DNA from: Octopus vulgaris
Taxonomy: Eukaryota
Reading direction: 5' to 3'
DNA length: 64,000 bases
NCBI GenBank assembly: GCA_951406725.2
Contig: OX597816.1
Location: forward strand, 68,076,001 to 68,140,000
The notes under the pieces were generated by a model that ran no database searches, had not been told where the DNA came from, and saw only the letters and a list, made by a program, of their open reading frames with translations. The position numbers were made by a program, and so were the translations under genes. Below, piece after piece: positions 1 through 13,752 of this stretch (position 1 is its first letter; each line of letters starts with the position of its first letter).

Positions 1-669
1 ACAGACACAAAGCTAAACAGACACATACAAACACGATCTTTCCAATGTACCGCGTCAACTGAACTGGTGAATTTATACAGCTGCTGGTTCATTTCCATTG
101 CAGACAGCTATTTAGAAGGAGAGGCATGCCGAATATTCTAAACACAAATTAGTTAATTTCTCACTGCTAATTATCTTTTCCTAGTTGGCCCACCAGGGAA
201 TTTAGTATTACCACTGTCCTTAAACACACTTTTTTTTTGTACTACCCCGCTGCTCCCATTTACCTACACCACACCCGCGGCTACCCGTCGACAGCCTCGG
301 TGGTGGTGGCGGCGGCGGCGGCGGTGGTGGCATCCACCGCCATCACCATCAGTTTTAACATCAACATCACCCCCTAACACCACCACTGCCATCAACATCG
401 CCTCCATCGCCACCATCTCCACTATCGCCGCCACCACCACCACCATGATAATCATCATCATTACCACTCTCACCCACCGCCACCACCACCACCACCAGTG
501 CGCAACAGTATTAAACAGTATTAATATCCAGTTCAGTCGGGCACCGGAAGTCCGATCATTGGTGCCAACGTTCTACGAGGGAACAAAAGGAGACTTCTCG
601 ACCCAGGGCTGAAACACGTCTCATTGCTAATGCTTTCGAATCATGGGTAATTTGGTGATGTGATTGTTA

Positions 670-719
<50 letters not shown>

Positions 720-840
720 GTATAATTTGCTATAATTGGAATTGAGTAGGAAGGGCGGTGCCCATAGTCGTTCCATACTCTACTTGTTTGGCGGGTAGGG
801 CGTCTGGACAGATGACCACAACCACTATCATCATCGTCAT

Positions 841-888
<48 letters not shown>

Positions 889-1360
889 AAGCAATTGTAG
901 TAGTAGTAGTAGTTTACAACCTATTCCCTTAGCCTTTACAAGCCGAGGCACGTGTCGATGATTTAATAGGGGCGAACAGAGGTTAATCTCAATGATTTAT
1001 TAAACCTTTTCCTTTTTCCTTTAAAACGCCTTGTTTCTATGAGTTTTCTACTGAGTAAAACATGATGCTAGTCATAACGAAATGGTTCTGTCTCGTATTT
1101 TCCCTTTTATTTGGGTTGTCTTTGATACAAAGCTACCGTCTTTGATCAAAACTAGACCGAGGATGGGCGCCTGGTTTTCATTGTGATCACAACGACTGAA
1201 CAGGGATAGTTAAATGCTGTAACGACTCTTGTATTTTACAGAAGCTCTGTGAAGAACATGAGTCACGATAACAGGGGTCATTTTTTTTAAACATGAGAAT
1301 CCTGGATTCGATTTCGCCAACTGCTTCACTCCACCTTATCACATTATTCATGGCCTTGAA

Positions 1361-1750
1361 GGCGGCGAGCTGGCAGAAACGTTAGCATGCCGGGCGAAAT
1401 ACTTAACTGTATTTCGTCTGTCGTTACGTTCTGAGTTCAAATTCCGCCGAGGTCGACTTTGCCTTTCATCCTTTCGGGGTCGATAAATTAAGTACCTGTT
1501 ACTCACTGGGGTCGATGTAATCGACTTAATCCGTTTGTCTGTCCTTGTTTGTCCTCTCTGTGTTTAGCTCCTTGTGGGTAGTAAGGAAATAGGTATTTCG
1601 TTTGTCTTTACGTTCTGAGTTCAAATGCCGCCGGGGCCGACATGGCCTTTCGTCCTTTCGGGGTCGATAAATTAAGTACCAGTGAAGTTCTGGGGTCGAT
1701 GTAATCAACCATCTCCCCGAAACCTCAGGCCTTGTGCCTGTAATAGAAAG
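1361..1750 (+). mobile_element. SINE family A, two-unit composite copy
   Basis: Head ggcggcgagctggcagaaacgttagc, B-box-like gagttcaaattcc and core gtcgactttgcctttcatcctttcggggtcgataaattaagtacc; the core repeats after ~180 bp. Confidence 0.85.
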
Positions 1751-2168
1751 GCTTATTCGTGGATTTGGGTTTTTCTTAGAAACTATTTATATTATTATGG
1801 AAGGCGATAGAAATCCCGCCGTGGTCGACTTTGCATTTCATCCTTGCGAGGTCAATGAAATAAGTACCAGTTCAATACTGGGGGTCGATGTATTCTATTT
1901 AGCCCCTCCCGCAAAATTGCTGGCCTTGTGTCAAAAGTTGAAACCATTATCTGCGCTGTTGCTTTTATTATCTTTCATCGCCTTCATTTAATATATTTAC
2001 CTGTATTACAGTCGTTCCTGAGAGAGGTCTAAGATCTGAAGCTGTGGGTGAGATGAACAGTAGAATATACAGATTCTACTACTTGAGTGGCACCTCATTT
2101 TAACAACCACAGAGAGATGGAATGGTGCAGTTGATCTGGATGAGATTTGAATGCAGAACGCAAAAATC

Positions 2169-2241
<73 letters not shown>

Positions 2242-2393
2242 GCATGGACTTTCGTCCGACGCTCTTCAGACTCTGCCAACCTACAACAACGTTAAGGATG
2301 CATAAATAGATTAGTCGTGAATAAGGTAAATAAAGATTTAATTGTTGTTATTAACTCCTATTGTGCTATATTTTTTCAGATGTTGCTTTAATT

Positions 2394-2427
<34 letters not shown>

Positions 2428-2529
2428 CGATGATGATGAAAATTATGGCGGTGAGCATGATGAAAATGAGGATAACGACGGCGACGATGACGACCACGAC
2501 GATATTGAATGATGATGATGATGTAATGA

Positions 2530-2925
2530 TGAGTGACTGTGTGGTAAGAGGCTTGCTTACCAACCACATAGTTCCGGGTTCATTCCCACTGCGTGGCACC
2601 TTGGGCAAGTCTCTTCTACTATAGCCTCGGGCTGACCAAAGTCTTATGAGTGGATTTGGTCGACGGAAACTGAAAGAAGCCCGTCGTATATATGTATATG
2701 TATAAGTGTGTGTATGTGTTTGTGTGTCTGTGTTTGTCCCCCCAGCATCGCTTGACAACCTATGTTGGTGTGCTTACGTCCCCGGTTCGGCAAAAGAGAC
2801 CGATAGAATAAGTACTAGGCATACAAAGAATAAAATTTGGGGTCGATTTACTCGATTAAAGGCGGTGCTCCAGCATGGCCGCAGTCAAATGACTGAAACA
2901 AGTACAAGAGAGAAAAGAAAGAGAA
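2530..2925 (+). mobile_element. tRNA-derived SINE family B with an internal (TA)/(TG) microsatellite
   Basis: gtgtggtaag...ccgggttca.tcccactgcgtggcaccttgggcaagt head and core; 3' end ggcggtgctccagcatggccgcagtcaaatgactgaaacaag with an AG-rich tail. Confidence 0.85.
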
Positions 2926-3124
2926 AGAGAGATGACGATGTTTTAGCTTCGCCAATCTCACCCACTTTTCTTAAAAATTTGCTGGATTTGGGGTGGTTCT
3001 GGCACATCTTACTCTGCCCTCAACTACCTTACCAAAAGTAGGCAGCGGCTTCGATCTTGTCGACAGACTCAGTAGATAGCTGGTTCCATGCTGCTATACA
3101 TGGTGGAAGCTATTCAACGTATAC

Positions 3125-3332
3125 TCTTTTATTATTTTACTTGTTTCAGTCATTTGACTGTGGCCTTGCTGGGGCACCGCCTTTAGTCGAGCAAATCGAC
3201 CCCAGGACTTATTCTTTGTAAATCTAGTACTTATTCTATCGGTTTCTTTTGCCGAACCGCTAAGTTACGGGGACGTAAACACACCAGCATCGGTTGTCAA
3301 GCGATGTTGGGGGTTCAAACACGGACACACAT

Positions 3333-3411
<79 letters not shown>

Positions 3412-3550
3412 TACGACGGGCTTCTTTTCAGTTTCCGTCTACCAAATCCACTCACAAGGCTTTGGTCGGTCCGAGGCTATAGTAGAAGACACCTGCCCAA
3501 GGTGTCACGCAGAGGGACTGAACTGGCTGGTAAGCAAGCTACTTACCACA
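3125..3550 (-). mobile_element. SINE family B
   Basis: Reverse complement of the family B sequence; inverted relative to the copy at 2530. Confidence 0.85.
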
Positions 3551-3953
3551 AATTAACAAAATACGAATACCTGATGATTGTGTACGGAACGGTTACGTTG
3601 CCCTGTTCACATCTCAGACAGATTCTGTTGTTAGAAGATCAAACATGATCATGCTGTAAAACTGATCACAAACAAGCAATGGAAATCTCCGCGATGTGGC
3701 ACTGCCAGGCCAAAGGTTTTGGGAAATTAGGCGTGGCTGTGTGGGCAAGAATATTGCTTCCGAACCATGAGGTCTCGCTTTCAGGCTTTGCGGTACTTTG
3801 GGCAAGTGTTCCAACTATAGCCCTGGAGCGACCAAAGCCCTATGAGTGGATATGGTGGACAGATACCGTGCAGAAGTCCTGGTATATGTATATATGCATG
3901 TGTGCGTGTATATATATATATATATTAAACCTCGCCAAGTTAAATATTTCAAT

Positions 3954-4016
3954 CACCTGACGAATGACTGTAACTCGAATTTTTACGAATTGGACAGCCA
4001 TGAAACGATCGTCGTG
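3954..4016 (+). ncRNA. Minimal type I hammerhead ribozyme motif
   Basis: cac-CTGACGA-atgactgt...acagccat-GAAAC-GATC-GTC-gtg: intact core, GUC triplet, palindromic stem III. Confidence 0.65.
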
Positions 4017-4152
4017 TTATACTAATTATCTTTTTTTAATAATTTTGATATATATTTAAAATAATATAAATTAATTAATCTTATGTATCGGCTTCTTAAG
4101 TTTTTCATTGTATGATTTGCCTAATAGTGGTTTTATCTCTAATTTAATATAT

Positions 4153-4267
<115 letters not shown>

Positions 4268-4606
4268 TGTGTTTGTCTCCCACCAAATGTAATCCGGCAT
4301 TCGTTAATATAATCTACTCGTCATCTAGTGGTTCGGCAAAAGGTGCCGATAGAATAAGTACCAGATTCAAAAATAAGTAATTGGGGTCCCTCAGAACAGA
4401 TTATTCACACTGTCCTCGTTGACGCTCAGCTTTACATTAAAACACCATCTTCGCTTAGACCTTGCACAAACACTTCCAGAAACAGCGAGGGTTGACGTTT
4501 TACCGATCGCATTGCTCAGCTGCCAGAGTGCAGTGCGCGCCTGGCAACATTCCAGCTGCTAAATATTATTATTATTATTATTATAAAAGAAATCAGAATC
4601 ATCATC

Positions 4607-4643
<37 letters not shown>

Positions 4644-4926
4644 ACAACAACAGCAATAACAATAATACTGTTAATGAATAAGTAAATAATTAAATGAAAA
4701 TAATTTACTAATCGGAATGAGAACGGTAAATTTGCAGCCTCGTAGTATTTACAAAGGGAGGAGTTAGTTGTATAGTTAACACACACACATATAAATATAT
4801 ATACATATATTCATACTCACATTCGAGCATAATTATGTGTGTGCGTGTGTATATGTGTGCGAGTATGTGTATATATATATACATATGTATGTGCACATTC
4901 TATATATAAATACATATGTATGTGTG

Positions 4927-4979
<53 letters not shown>

Positions 4980-5074
4980 ATATAGATATATATGAATGTA
5001 TATGTACATATATATGTATATATATGAAAAAACAAGTAAAAAATAGAAAATGCTAAAATAATTTTATAGTGAAC

Positions 5075-5120
5075 ATTTCAGTACCGGTTTCGGTCATTTT
5101 GAGACCTTTTCAACTGTAAC
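5075..5120 (-). ncRNA. Hammerhead ribozyme motif, U3-A8 variant (mirror copy)
   Basis: Exact reverse complement of 5701-5746, on the left arm of the large palindrome. Confidence 0.6.
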
Positions 5121-5700
5121 GATTAAATAATTAAATTTAGAAAAATTAGAAGAAAAGTTTTTTAAAAGAATATTTCTATAGTAGTGTTCAGATTTAAGTG
5201 GCATTCTGCCTTTCTCTGACTCCCTTGTTTGCACTTGTGTGTTCGAGGTAGTTGTGAGTTCTTGGTAGGGTAGTAGAGGGAAGGCTGGTGAGGAAAGGGG
5301 GGTGGGAGAATCTGGGAGTGCCCTGATGGTCAGGGCACTCCCAGATTCTCCCACCCCCTTTCCTCACCAGCCTTCCTCTACTACCCTACCAAGAACTCAC
5401 AACTACCTCGAACACACGTTGTGAGTTCTTGGTAGGGTAGTAGAGGGAAGGCTGGTGAGGAAAGGGGGTGGGAGAATCTGGGAGTGCCCTGATGGTCAGG
5501 GCACTCCCAGATTCTCCCACCCCCTTTCCTCACCAGCCTTCCCTCTACTACCCTACCAAGAACTCACAACTACCTCGAACACACAAGTGCAAACAAGGGA
5601 GTCAGAGAAAGGCAGAATGCCACTTAAATCTGAACACTACTATAGAAATATTCTTTTAAAAAACTTTTCTTCTAATTTTTCTAAATTTAATTATTTAATC

Positions 5701-5746
5701 GTTACAGTTGAAAAGGTCTCAAAATGACCGAAACCGGTACTGAAAT
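5701..5746 (+). ncRNA. Hammerhead ribozyme motif, U3-A8 core variant
   Basis: cag-TTGAAAA-ggtc-tcaaaat-gacc-GAAAC-CG-GTA-ctg. The C3-G8 pair is replaced by U3-A8; stems I and II pair. Confidence 0.6.
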
Positions 5747-5831
5747 GTTCACTATAAAATTATTTTAGCATTTTCTATTTTTTACTTGTTTTTTCATATA
5801 TATCAACTCGTGTGTTCCTTTTCACCCTTAT

Positions 5832-5899
<68 letters not shown>

Positions 5900-6019
5900 T
5901 GTTGTGTCAGGGCAGAGTCATTTTCTTTTTGTGCCTTATAATGTAACACACTCACCGGTAAAATTTCCACTTATTTCTTATTTTATTTTCCTAATATATA
6001 TATATATATATATATGCAT

Positions 6020-6688
<669 letters not shown>

Positions 6689-7234
6689 GCGTGCGGATGG
6701 CTCAGTGGTTATAGTGTCGGGATCATAACCATGAAGTAGTGAATTCGATTCTCGGACCGGTCTCCATGTTGTGTCCTTGAGCAAGACACTTTGTTTCACG
6801 TTGTAGTTCACTCAGTTGTAGATATGAGTTGTATCAACCTTTTCTTTGGACAACATCGGTGGCATGAAGAAGGGAGGCTGGTACGCATTAACATTGGCCA
6901 TCCTCCCCCCTTTTTTATGTTTAACTTATATTCTGAAGATATGGAAATTTCTCGTGATGCATTTGTAATCAAATAGGCGAAAATATGACAAGTTTTATAT
7001 ATAACTATTAAATATATGGAAATGACGCGTTTTCTGGCGTTTATTTTGCATTGAATCACATCTTGATAACTAATCACATTTCGACGTGTCTGCGAATATT
7101 TTTCCTTATATATTGTTACACTGCCTTCATTTTTCAATCACCTGACTAATCGGAAACGTGTCAACACAGAATAACTTTTCAAGATGATTTAGCATGTAGT
7201 ACTATTACCACTCCTCCTCCTCCTCCTCCTCCTC

Positions 7235-7280
<46 letters not shown>

Positions 7281-7399
7281 TACTACTAAAAATAATATAT
7301 ATTTCATTTGACGTCATAACAATTCATAATCTTCGAGAGAAGTTGAAATAATTCTTTATTGGAACGTTGGATCTCGAAGCAGATCAGATATTAATAATG

Positions 7400-7645
7400 T
7401 TCTTTCTCGAGCCATGTCAGACTCATAAGGGTCGGTTTCCCGGTTTCCGTGGTGTAGAAATTCCCCACCTGGATGGGACGCCAGTCCGTCGCAGGATTAT
7501 TCATTTTTGCCAGCTGAGTGGACTGGAGCAACGTGAAGTGAAGTGTTTTGCTCAAGGACACAACGCATCACCCAGCCCAGGAATCAAAACAACAACCTTA
7601 CGATCATGAATTCAACACCCTAACCACTAAGCCACGCGCCTCCAC
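7400..7645 (-). mobile_element. tRNA-derived SINE with a V-domain-like segment
   Basis: Minus strand: gtggaggcgcgtggcttagtggttaggg head, ccttgagcaaaacactt core, then cctgcgacggactggcgtcccatccagg. Confidence 0.7.
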
Positions 7646-7778
7646 AGATAATAATAATATTGTGTAAATATTGTGTTAAAAGCCCTCTGGAAAGAAAAAA
7701 GCCAAAGGTTGCTCGTGGGACTCGAATCTACATCTTCTGTAAGTATGATAGGCGTTTTAGCATTAAAGTTTATAAATT

Positions 7779-8280
7779 ACTAGCAGTATCGCCCGGCGTT
7801 GCTTGGGTTTGTAAGGGAAATAACTATATAAGCATTTTTAGAGAGTTACTTCCCTTATAGATGCCAATTCGGGCTTTCTTAGCCATTTCTGTTTTGGTGT
7901 CTTCAAGCCATGAAGTCGTTGTTCTAAAAGAACGCTGGTCTCCTTGACAACGCTTTACGACGTTGATTTCCTTACACTCCCTTCCCCACAGCTTCACGAG
8001 GGAGGGAAGAAGGAGGAGAAGCAAACAGGTGCAGATGTGAGCGTGGACGCCAACTCCGCCGCCATCGACACACGAAAAATTATGCATTAAAATGGAATAA
8101 AAAATGATGTTAAATTATTTTTAAAATCGTAGACTCATCGTAGACGCGCGCTAATACCCAGAAGGGCTCGATATGAATCACGACTATAAGATACCCGGTT
8201 TTGGTTAAACTGCACCGCAAAATGTGGGAGTAGTTAGGAATCTAAATCGAAGGGGACAGACACTCACACAACTACAGTTT
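7779..8280 (+). mobile_element. Non-autonomous Helentron/DINE-like rolling-circle element
   Basis: Starts actagcagtatcgcccggcgttgcttggg and ends ...gacagacactcacacaactacagttt, with the terminal atatatagat found after the LINE fragment (~8797-8808). The ends resemble those of HINE elements as I recall them. Confidence 0.55.
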
Positions 8281-8800
8281 TAGTTAGTTAGTTAGTTAAT
8301 TTGGCTCAAAAGCAAATAGCAAGGCCATGTAGGGGGACATGGAGTTAAGTACAGGGTGGTGTTCATGTAAAGAGTTCAGGCCACTCGAGGTCCAGGGAGG
8401 CTTTGAACAAAGCGGTCGTCGGCATCTTTACCATCTCGTCTGGCAGCTTGTTCCACGGATCCGCAACCCGGACGGAGAAAGCTCCTCTCCTTCGATGGAG
8501 ATGAAATCGTCGCAGGTAGAGCTTTTCGGAATGACCCCGCAGCCGACGCTCTGGAGCAGGAGTGAAGAACAGCTCTTTCGAGAGGTTACACTTTCCGCTT
8601 ATGATGTTGTGGGCGAGAATGAGATCACCACGGCGGCGGTGTTTTTCAAGAGAATAAAGGTCGAGCGTCCTCAGCCTTTCTTCGTAGGACAAATTTTTGA
8701 GACCATGAACCATGCGGGTAGCCAGCTTCTGGACTCTTTCGAGATGCTGTATGTCTTTGAGGAGATAAGGAGAAGAGGCTTGAATCCCATACTCCAATAT
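8281..8800 (-). mobile_element. 5'-truncated CR1-clade LINE (RT C-terminus, 3' UTR, (TAAC)n tail)
   Basis: LEYGIQASSPYLLKDIQHLERVQKLATRMV..LSYEERL..LDLYSLEK.RRRGDLI...LRGHS.KL...FSVRV..WNKLP motifs; (TTAG)n tract at 8281-8298. Confidence 0.9.
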
Positions 8801-9268
8801 ATATAGATTACGATGCAAAAAGCATACAATTCTCTCTGGAAAGAACAAAGCCTCTAAATGGAGAGAGAAATTCGGAGGATTGCTTTGGTTCAATGCTAGA
8901 ACGTCTGTCTTGCTTACAGGAGATAGTTTGAAGGCTGTCCCATGAGCAACATTCGTTTTGTTCTATCCAAAGTGCTTTTAACAAATTATTTACAGGATAT
9001 ATAAGGCGACAAGCAGGTAGAATCGTTACCGTACTAGACAAAATGCTTAGCGGTATTTCGTCCAGCTTTACGTTCTGAATTCAAATGCTTCCAGGGTCAA
9101 CCTTGTTTTTTATGTTTCGGGGTCGATAAAATTAGTACCATTTGACCATTGGGATCGATGTAATCGATTTATTTCCTTCTTTGCAATTACTAGCTTTCTG
9201 CCAAAAATTCGAAATTATTGTTTATAGCTTATCTCCTTCGAGATCCAACATTCTAAGAAAGAAATATA

Positions 9269-9802
9269 TTAGGTTGTCTGGAAAGTTCATGCCGATTTAT
9301 AGTAGCTTACCTTTCGACTTATCTTAGAACATGATTGAGTCCATAAAATAGGATTTGACTACACCTCCATTTAGAGCACAGTTTAAGCTATCTTTTCGTG
9401 GAAGAAGATTTATGTTCCTATAACCTGTGTTAATTCTGTAACCCTTTAAAATGGAAAATAAGAAAGTTCATTTTCGGCACTTGATGCTTCGGGAACCAGA
9501 CAAAAATTGCTGCAGCTCGGCTGGGATGTGTTACCCCACCCTCCATATACTCCAAATATTGCTCCTTCGGATTTCCACTTATTCAGGTCTCTGCAGAATA
9601 GTCTTAATGGTAAAAATTTCAATTCCTTGGATGACGTAAAAAGATACCTTGATGAATTCTTTGCCATGAAACCACCTCAATTCTGGGAAGAGCATTGTGC
9701 AACAAAATGGTTCATATTTGGTTGATTAAAAATATAATGAGAAGTATTTATTGACCTTTTTCTTTCCTTTAAAAATCGGCACGAACTTTCCGGACAACCC
9801 AA
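9269..9802 (+). mobile_element. Internally deleted mariner element
   Basis: TIRs ttaggttgtctggaaagttcatgccgattt / aaatcggcacgaactttccggacaacccaa with TA flanks. Transposase start MENKKVHFRHLML is fused to the C-terminus LPHPPYTPNIAPSDFHLFRSLQN. Confidence 0.92.
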
Positions 9803-10214
9803 TATTTCATTGTATTAATGTGTGTGTGTGTTAGACAGTAATTTGGCAGAATCGTTAGCACGTTGGGCAAAATGCTTAGCGGCACTTCTTCCAGTTCTTT
9901 ACATTCTGGGTTCAAATTCCGCCGAGGTTAACTTTGCCTTCCATCCTTTTGGGGTCCATAAATAAAACATCAGCCAAGTACTGGGGATCGATGTAATCGA
10001 CTTGTCCCTTCCCACGAAGATTGCTGGCCTTGCGCCAAAATTTTAAAGTATTATATTTATGCGTGTATATTTATTATATGTGTTTGAGTAAAACTTATTT
10101 CTAAGGATATTCGAATAGAAAAGGCGAAACTAATGTGTGTAGCCTCAGTAGTTCTTAAACTTTTCTCCATCTTATTTTGATTCGAACACTTGGCTTTATT
10201 TCCCCTTGTGATTG

Positions 10215-10374
10215 CGGGTTGTGTGATTAAGAAGCTCACTTTGCGACCACGTGGTTCTGAGTTCAGTTCCATTGCGTGACAGCTTGGGTGTCTTTTACTG
10301 TAGGTCGACTAATGCTTTGTGAGTGAATTCGGTAGACGGAAACCGTGTGGAAGCCCGCCGTGTGTGTGTGTTTA

Positions 10375-10425
<51 letters not shown>

Positions 10426-10690
10426 TGTTTGCGTGTGTGTGTATTTATGTACACGCAAACATACACATAAGCACATATATGTGTGTCTTTGTGTTTGCGT
10501 CTGTCCTTCCCACAACCGCTTAACAACCGGTGTTGATTTGCTTACGTTCCTATAACTTAGCACGTTGGCCGAAGAGTCCGATAGATTTTCAGCACCATAG
10601 TAGAAAAATAAGAACTGGGAGTGATTTGCTCGGCTTATTCCTTCAAGGTGATGCCCCAGCATGACCGAAGTCCAATGATGAAACAAGTAA
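10215..10690 (+). mobile_element. SINE family B, diverged
   Basis: Degenerate match along the whole family B sequence. Confidence 0.7.
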
Positions 10691-12828
10691 AAAATTTGAA
10701 GATAAATCAATTATTGGCAAACGGACAATGCCGTCGGATAGATAGAGTTAGTTATTAAGTCGTATCCTCATTAACTTAAATAAAGATACATTTGATAGTT
10801 ATCGCCTCATATACAAAACTGTGGCATGGTGCACGGTTACGGCAAGCAGGTCTCGACGAGGACAAATCTGAGGTTAGAATGCAAGGCAGACTACGAACAA
10901 GAATAAATTTGGTCAGAAAATTTGCTAAAATAACAGCCAAATTTACCTCACATCAAACTCTATTGTCTTTAAAGAAGTAGGATGCAGTGGATACCTTTTA
11001 AAAACGGTGACGCAGTTATTTCTGGATCGACTTTGGTTATAGGTCTGGTCGTTCAGAGTTGACGCGGGTCTAAACAAAAACAGCAGCAGCAGCAACAACA
11101 ACATCATCACCACTACCACCTCTACCAACACCATGAAGGATAATCTCCATCTCAACCACCACCACCACAACAACAACAGAAACAGCATTAACGTAGTTGT
11201 ATTGGTGTGACCTTATCATCAAGGTAATCTTGGTTTAATTACCCTCGTTTCGTTGACATTAACAAAACAGGCAGTTTTCTTTTAATTGTAAATATCCTGT
11301 AGCTGATTGGACAATTCAAAGATTTAGTTTCCTATATTACTTTGCCCCCTCTCTTTTTCTTTCCCACGCAATAACGACGCCATTGAAAAAAATCCATTCA
11401 CTTACCCATATTCTACTTTATGGAGCTTTAACCTACCTATATCTCTTGTATTGGTACTACAAAATCTTCTACTTCCTTCAACCAACTTACCAACCATAGC
11501 AATCTTAAAATATGGGCACACTAGACACTTCTCCGGCAACCCTACGATTTTGGGGACCCAATGAAAATCTATGTATGCTATAGTCGTGTTTATAGAGGCT
11601 CACGGACATTGCTTTGCCTGGGTGCTTATAGTTACCAACCCTAGACAATTCTGATTCTACTGTGGTGTACTGCTGATGACGTTTTTGACCAACAGGATGA
11701 AAACTTCTGAGCACTGCACACCTACGGAAGAAGTGTGTAAACCGCAAGGGGGACTATATTGAAAATAAACCTTATTTGGTTTATTTCCCATGAGAGTATC
11801 TTAGTCAGCCTATGAAATATTCAGCCGAAAATTGTATTTATTTACATCTTTTCCTATCTCTTTAAAAAGGTACAATGGAAATAATTTAGTTTTAGGTACA
11901 CTATGCTTCGAAAAGAAGGACGAGATAATCACAGCTGGTTAGTTAGATATGAAACTGTGAGGTAGTCACAACATGGTCGTTCCACATGCTAGAAATAGCA
12001 CCAGCCAAATATTTCTCAAAACACGCCCACCATACTTAAAGAAAGGTAGGAAGGACATATTGAATAACGTGCTCATATAAATAATTGCATTTGATGGCAC
12101 ATAAGATGCACAGCTTTTTCCAAAGGTCTGCAAAAATTGCATTTGATGGTACGTAAGACGTACAGCTTTTTCCAAAGGTCTCCAAAGATTGCTCCGGTTC
12201 CTATATGCGAAATTGCGTCTCTCGAAGGCTTTAATGCACAAAAAACTTCCTTATATGCTCGCTGCTGAAATTTGGGTGCATCTAATATACTATTCCCATG
12301 CATCTTTTACTCCATCAAATATGGTATACCTACCGTATTGTTGTTGGAGATGTTCACAGATTGAATGCTTTTGATCATAAATCTGCCTGAGCTATCTTGC
12401 GTATCTTTAAAGCAATTTGCTCTGGATAAAGGATCAGCAACTTCTTTTTAGTATTGGCCCACTTTTGACACTTTTTCATATATCCATAGCCTATATGTAT
12501 ATCATATCATATTTCTTATATGTGGAGATATCCATGACTGGCGACGCTCTTTTAAGCAAGTATTAAACAAATTGTTAAACAAATGACTGCCATTTTAAAG
12601 TTACAAACTGCTCCATGACCCACAAGTATATTAAATTTGAAGCCTTTTTTAATAGAAAAGGTCCGTGGCTAAACAGGACACTTCAGTGACTCCCTTGAGG
12701 GCCTGGGTGCTCGGTTTACCTGTTGCCGACTTCCTGGTCTGGATGGAGGAACTGTGGCCATGATTTTTGCAGACCCAAAGAAACCAATCAGATTGAGGTC
12801 GCCAACGTTCCGCTAAAACGGAATTAAA

Positions 12829-12885
<57 letters not shown>

Positions 12886-13166
12886 TATCATCATCATCAT
12901 CATCATTATCATCATGAGCAGCAGCAGCACCACCAACACCACCAACACCGACGCTGCCACCCCCCGTTACCACCACCATCACCAAAACCATGACCACTAT
13001 CACCACTACCACTACCATCTCAAGGGAGCGTATATTCAATGTGTGGTATATTCTGTACGTAAGCGTTGCACTTTCAACGCAGGCGGTAAATTTTTGTTTA
13101 TCCAATCTGGTCGTAAGATTTGTTTTGAAATCTTCTAATACATAATATATACTCAGAAACAGATTA

Positions 13167-13575
13167 GGTGCAGGAGTGGCTGTGTGGTAAGTAGCTTGCT
13201 AACCAACTACATGGTTCTGGGTTCAGTCCCACTGCGTGGCATCTTGGGCAAGTGTCTTCTGCTATAGCCCCGGGCCGACCAATGCCTTGTGAGTGGATTT
13301 GGTAGACGGAAACTGAAAGAAGCCTGTCGTATATATGTATATATATATGTGTGTATGTGTTTGTGTGTCTGTGTTTGTCCCCCTAGCATTGCTTGACAAC
13401 CGATGCTGGTGTGTTTACGTCCCTGTCACTTAGCTGTTCGGCAAAAGAGACCGATAGAATAAGTACTGGGCTTACAAAGAATAAGTCCCGGGGTCGATTT
13501 GTTCGACTAAAGGCGGTGCTCCAGCATGGCCGCAGTCAAATGACTGAAACAAGTAAAAAAGTAAAGAGTAAGAGT
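13167..13575 (+). mobile_element. SINE family B, full length
   Basis: ggtgcaggagtggctgtgtggtaagtagc ... tgactgaaacaagtaaaa. Confidence 0.9.
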
Positions 13576-13752
13576 ATGAAGTCTGGTGTAGTTGTATTAT
13601 GTACAGCAAAAGCCTGTATTTATTCCAAAGGACTAGATGCTGGACCGTAGCACTCTCTGGTAGGCCAACCACCATACACTACAACAACAATATTTACATC
13701 ATGTTTGTCTCAAACTGGAAGGAACTGAATCTGTAAGAAAATAATATCTTAC

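Larger units (their letters stand above)
5021..5803. repeat. ~780-bp near-perfect palindrome with a tandemly duplicated GC-rich apex
   Basis: 5021-5326 is the reverse complement of ~5496-5803, and the mirrored ORFs 5094- and 5455+ share the same C-terminal peptide. Two hairpin apices gccctga-TGG-tcagggc lie at 5327-5329 and 5493-5495, 166 bp apart. Confidence 0.95.

Noticed and set aside
7135-7165. caatcac-CTGACTA-atcg-GAAAC-GT-GTC
   Set aside because: G8 is missing, and neither stem II nor stem I can form.
12085-12600. ~52-bp direct repeat plus adjacent complex sequence as an exon
   Set aside because: Stops interrupt the frames; it looks like very old transposon debris that I cannot classify.
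13167-13245. tRNA-like heads of SINE families as tRNA genes
   Set aside because: They have A/B boxes but no complete cloverleaf, and continue into SINE bodies.
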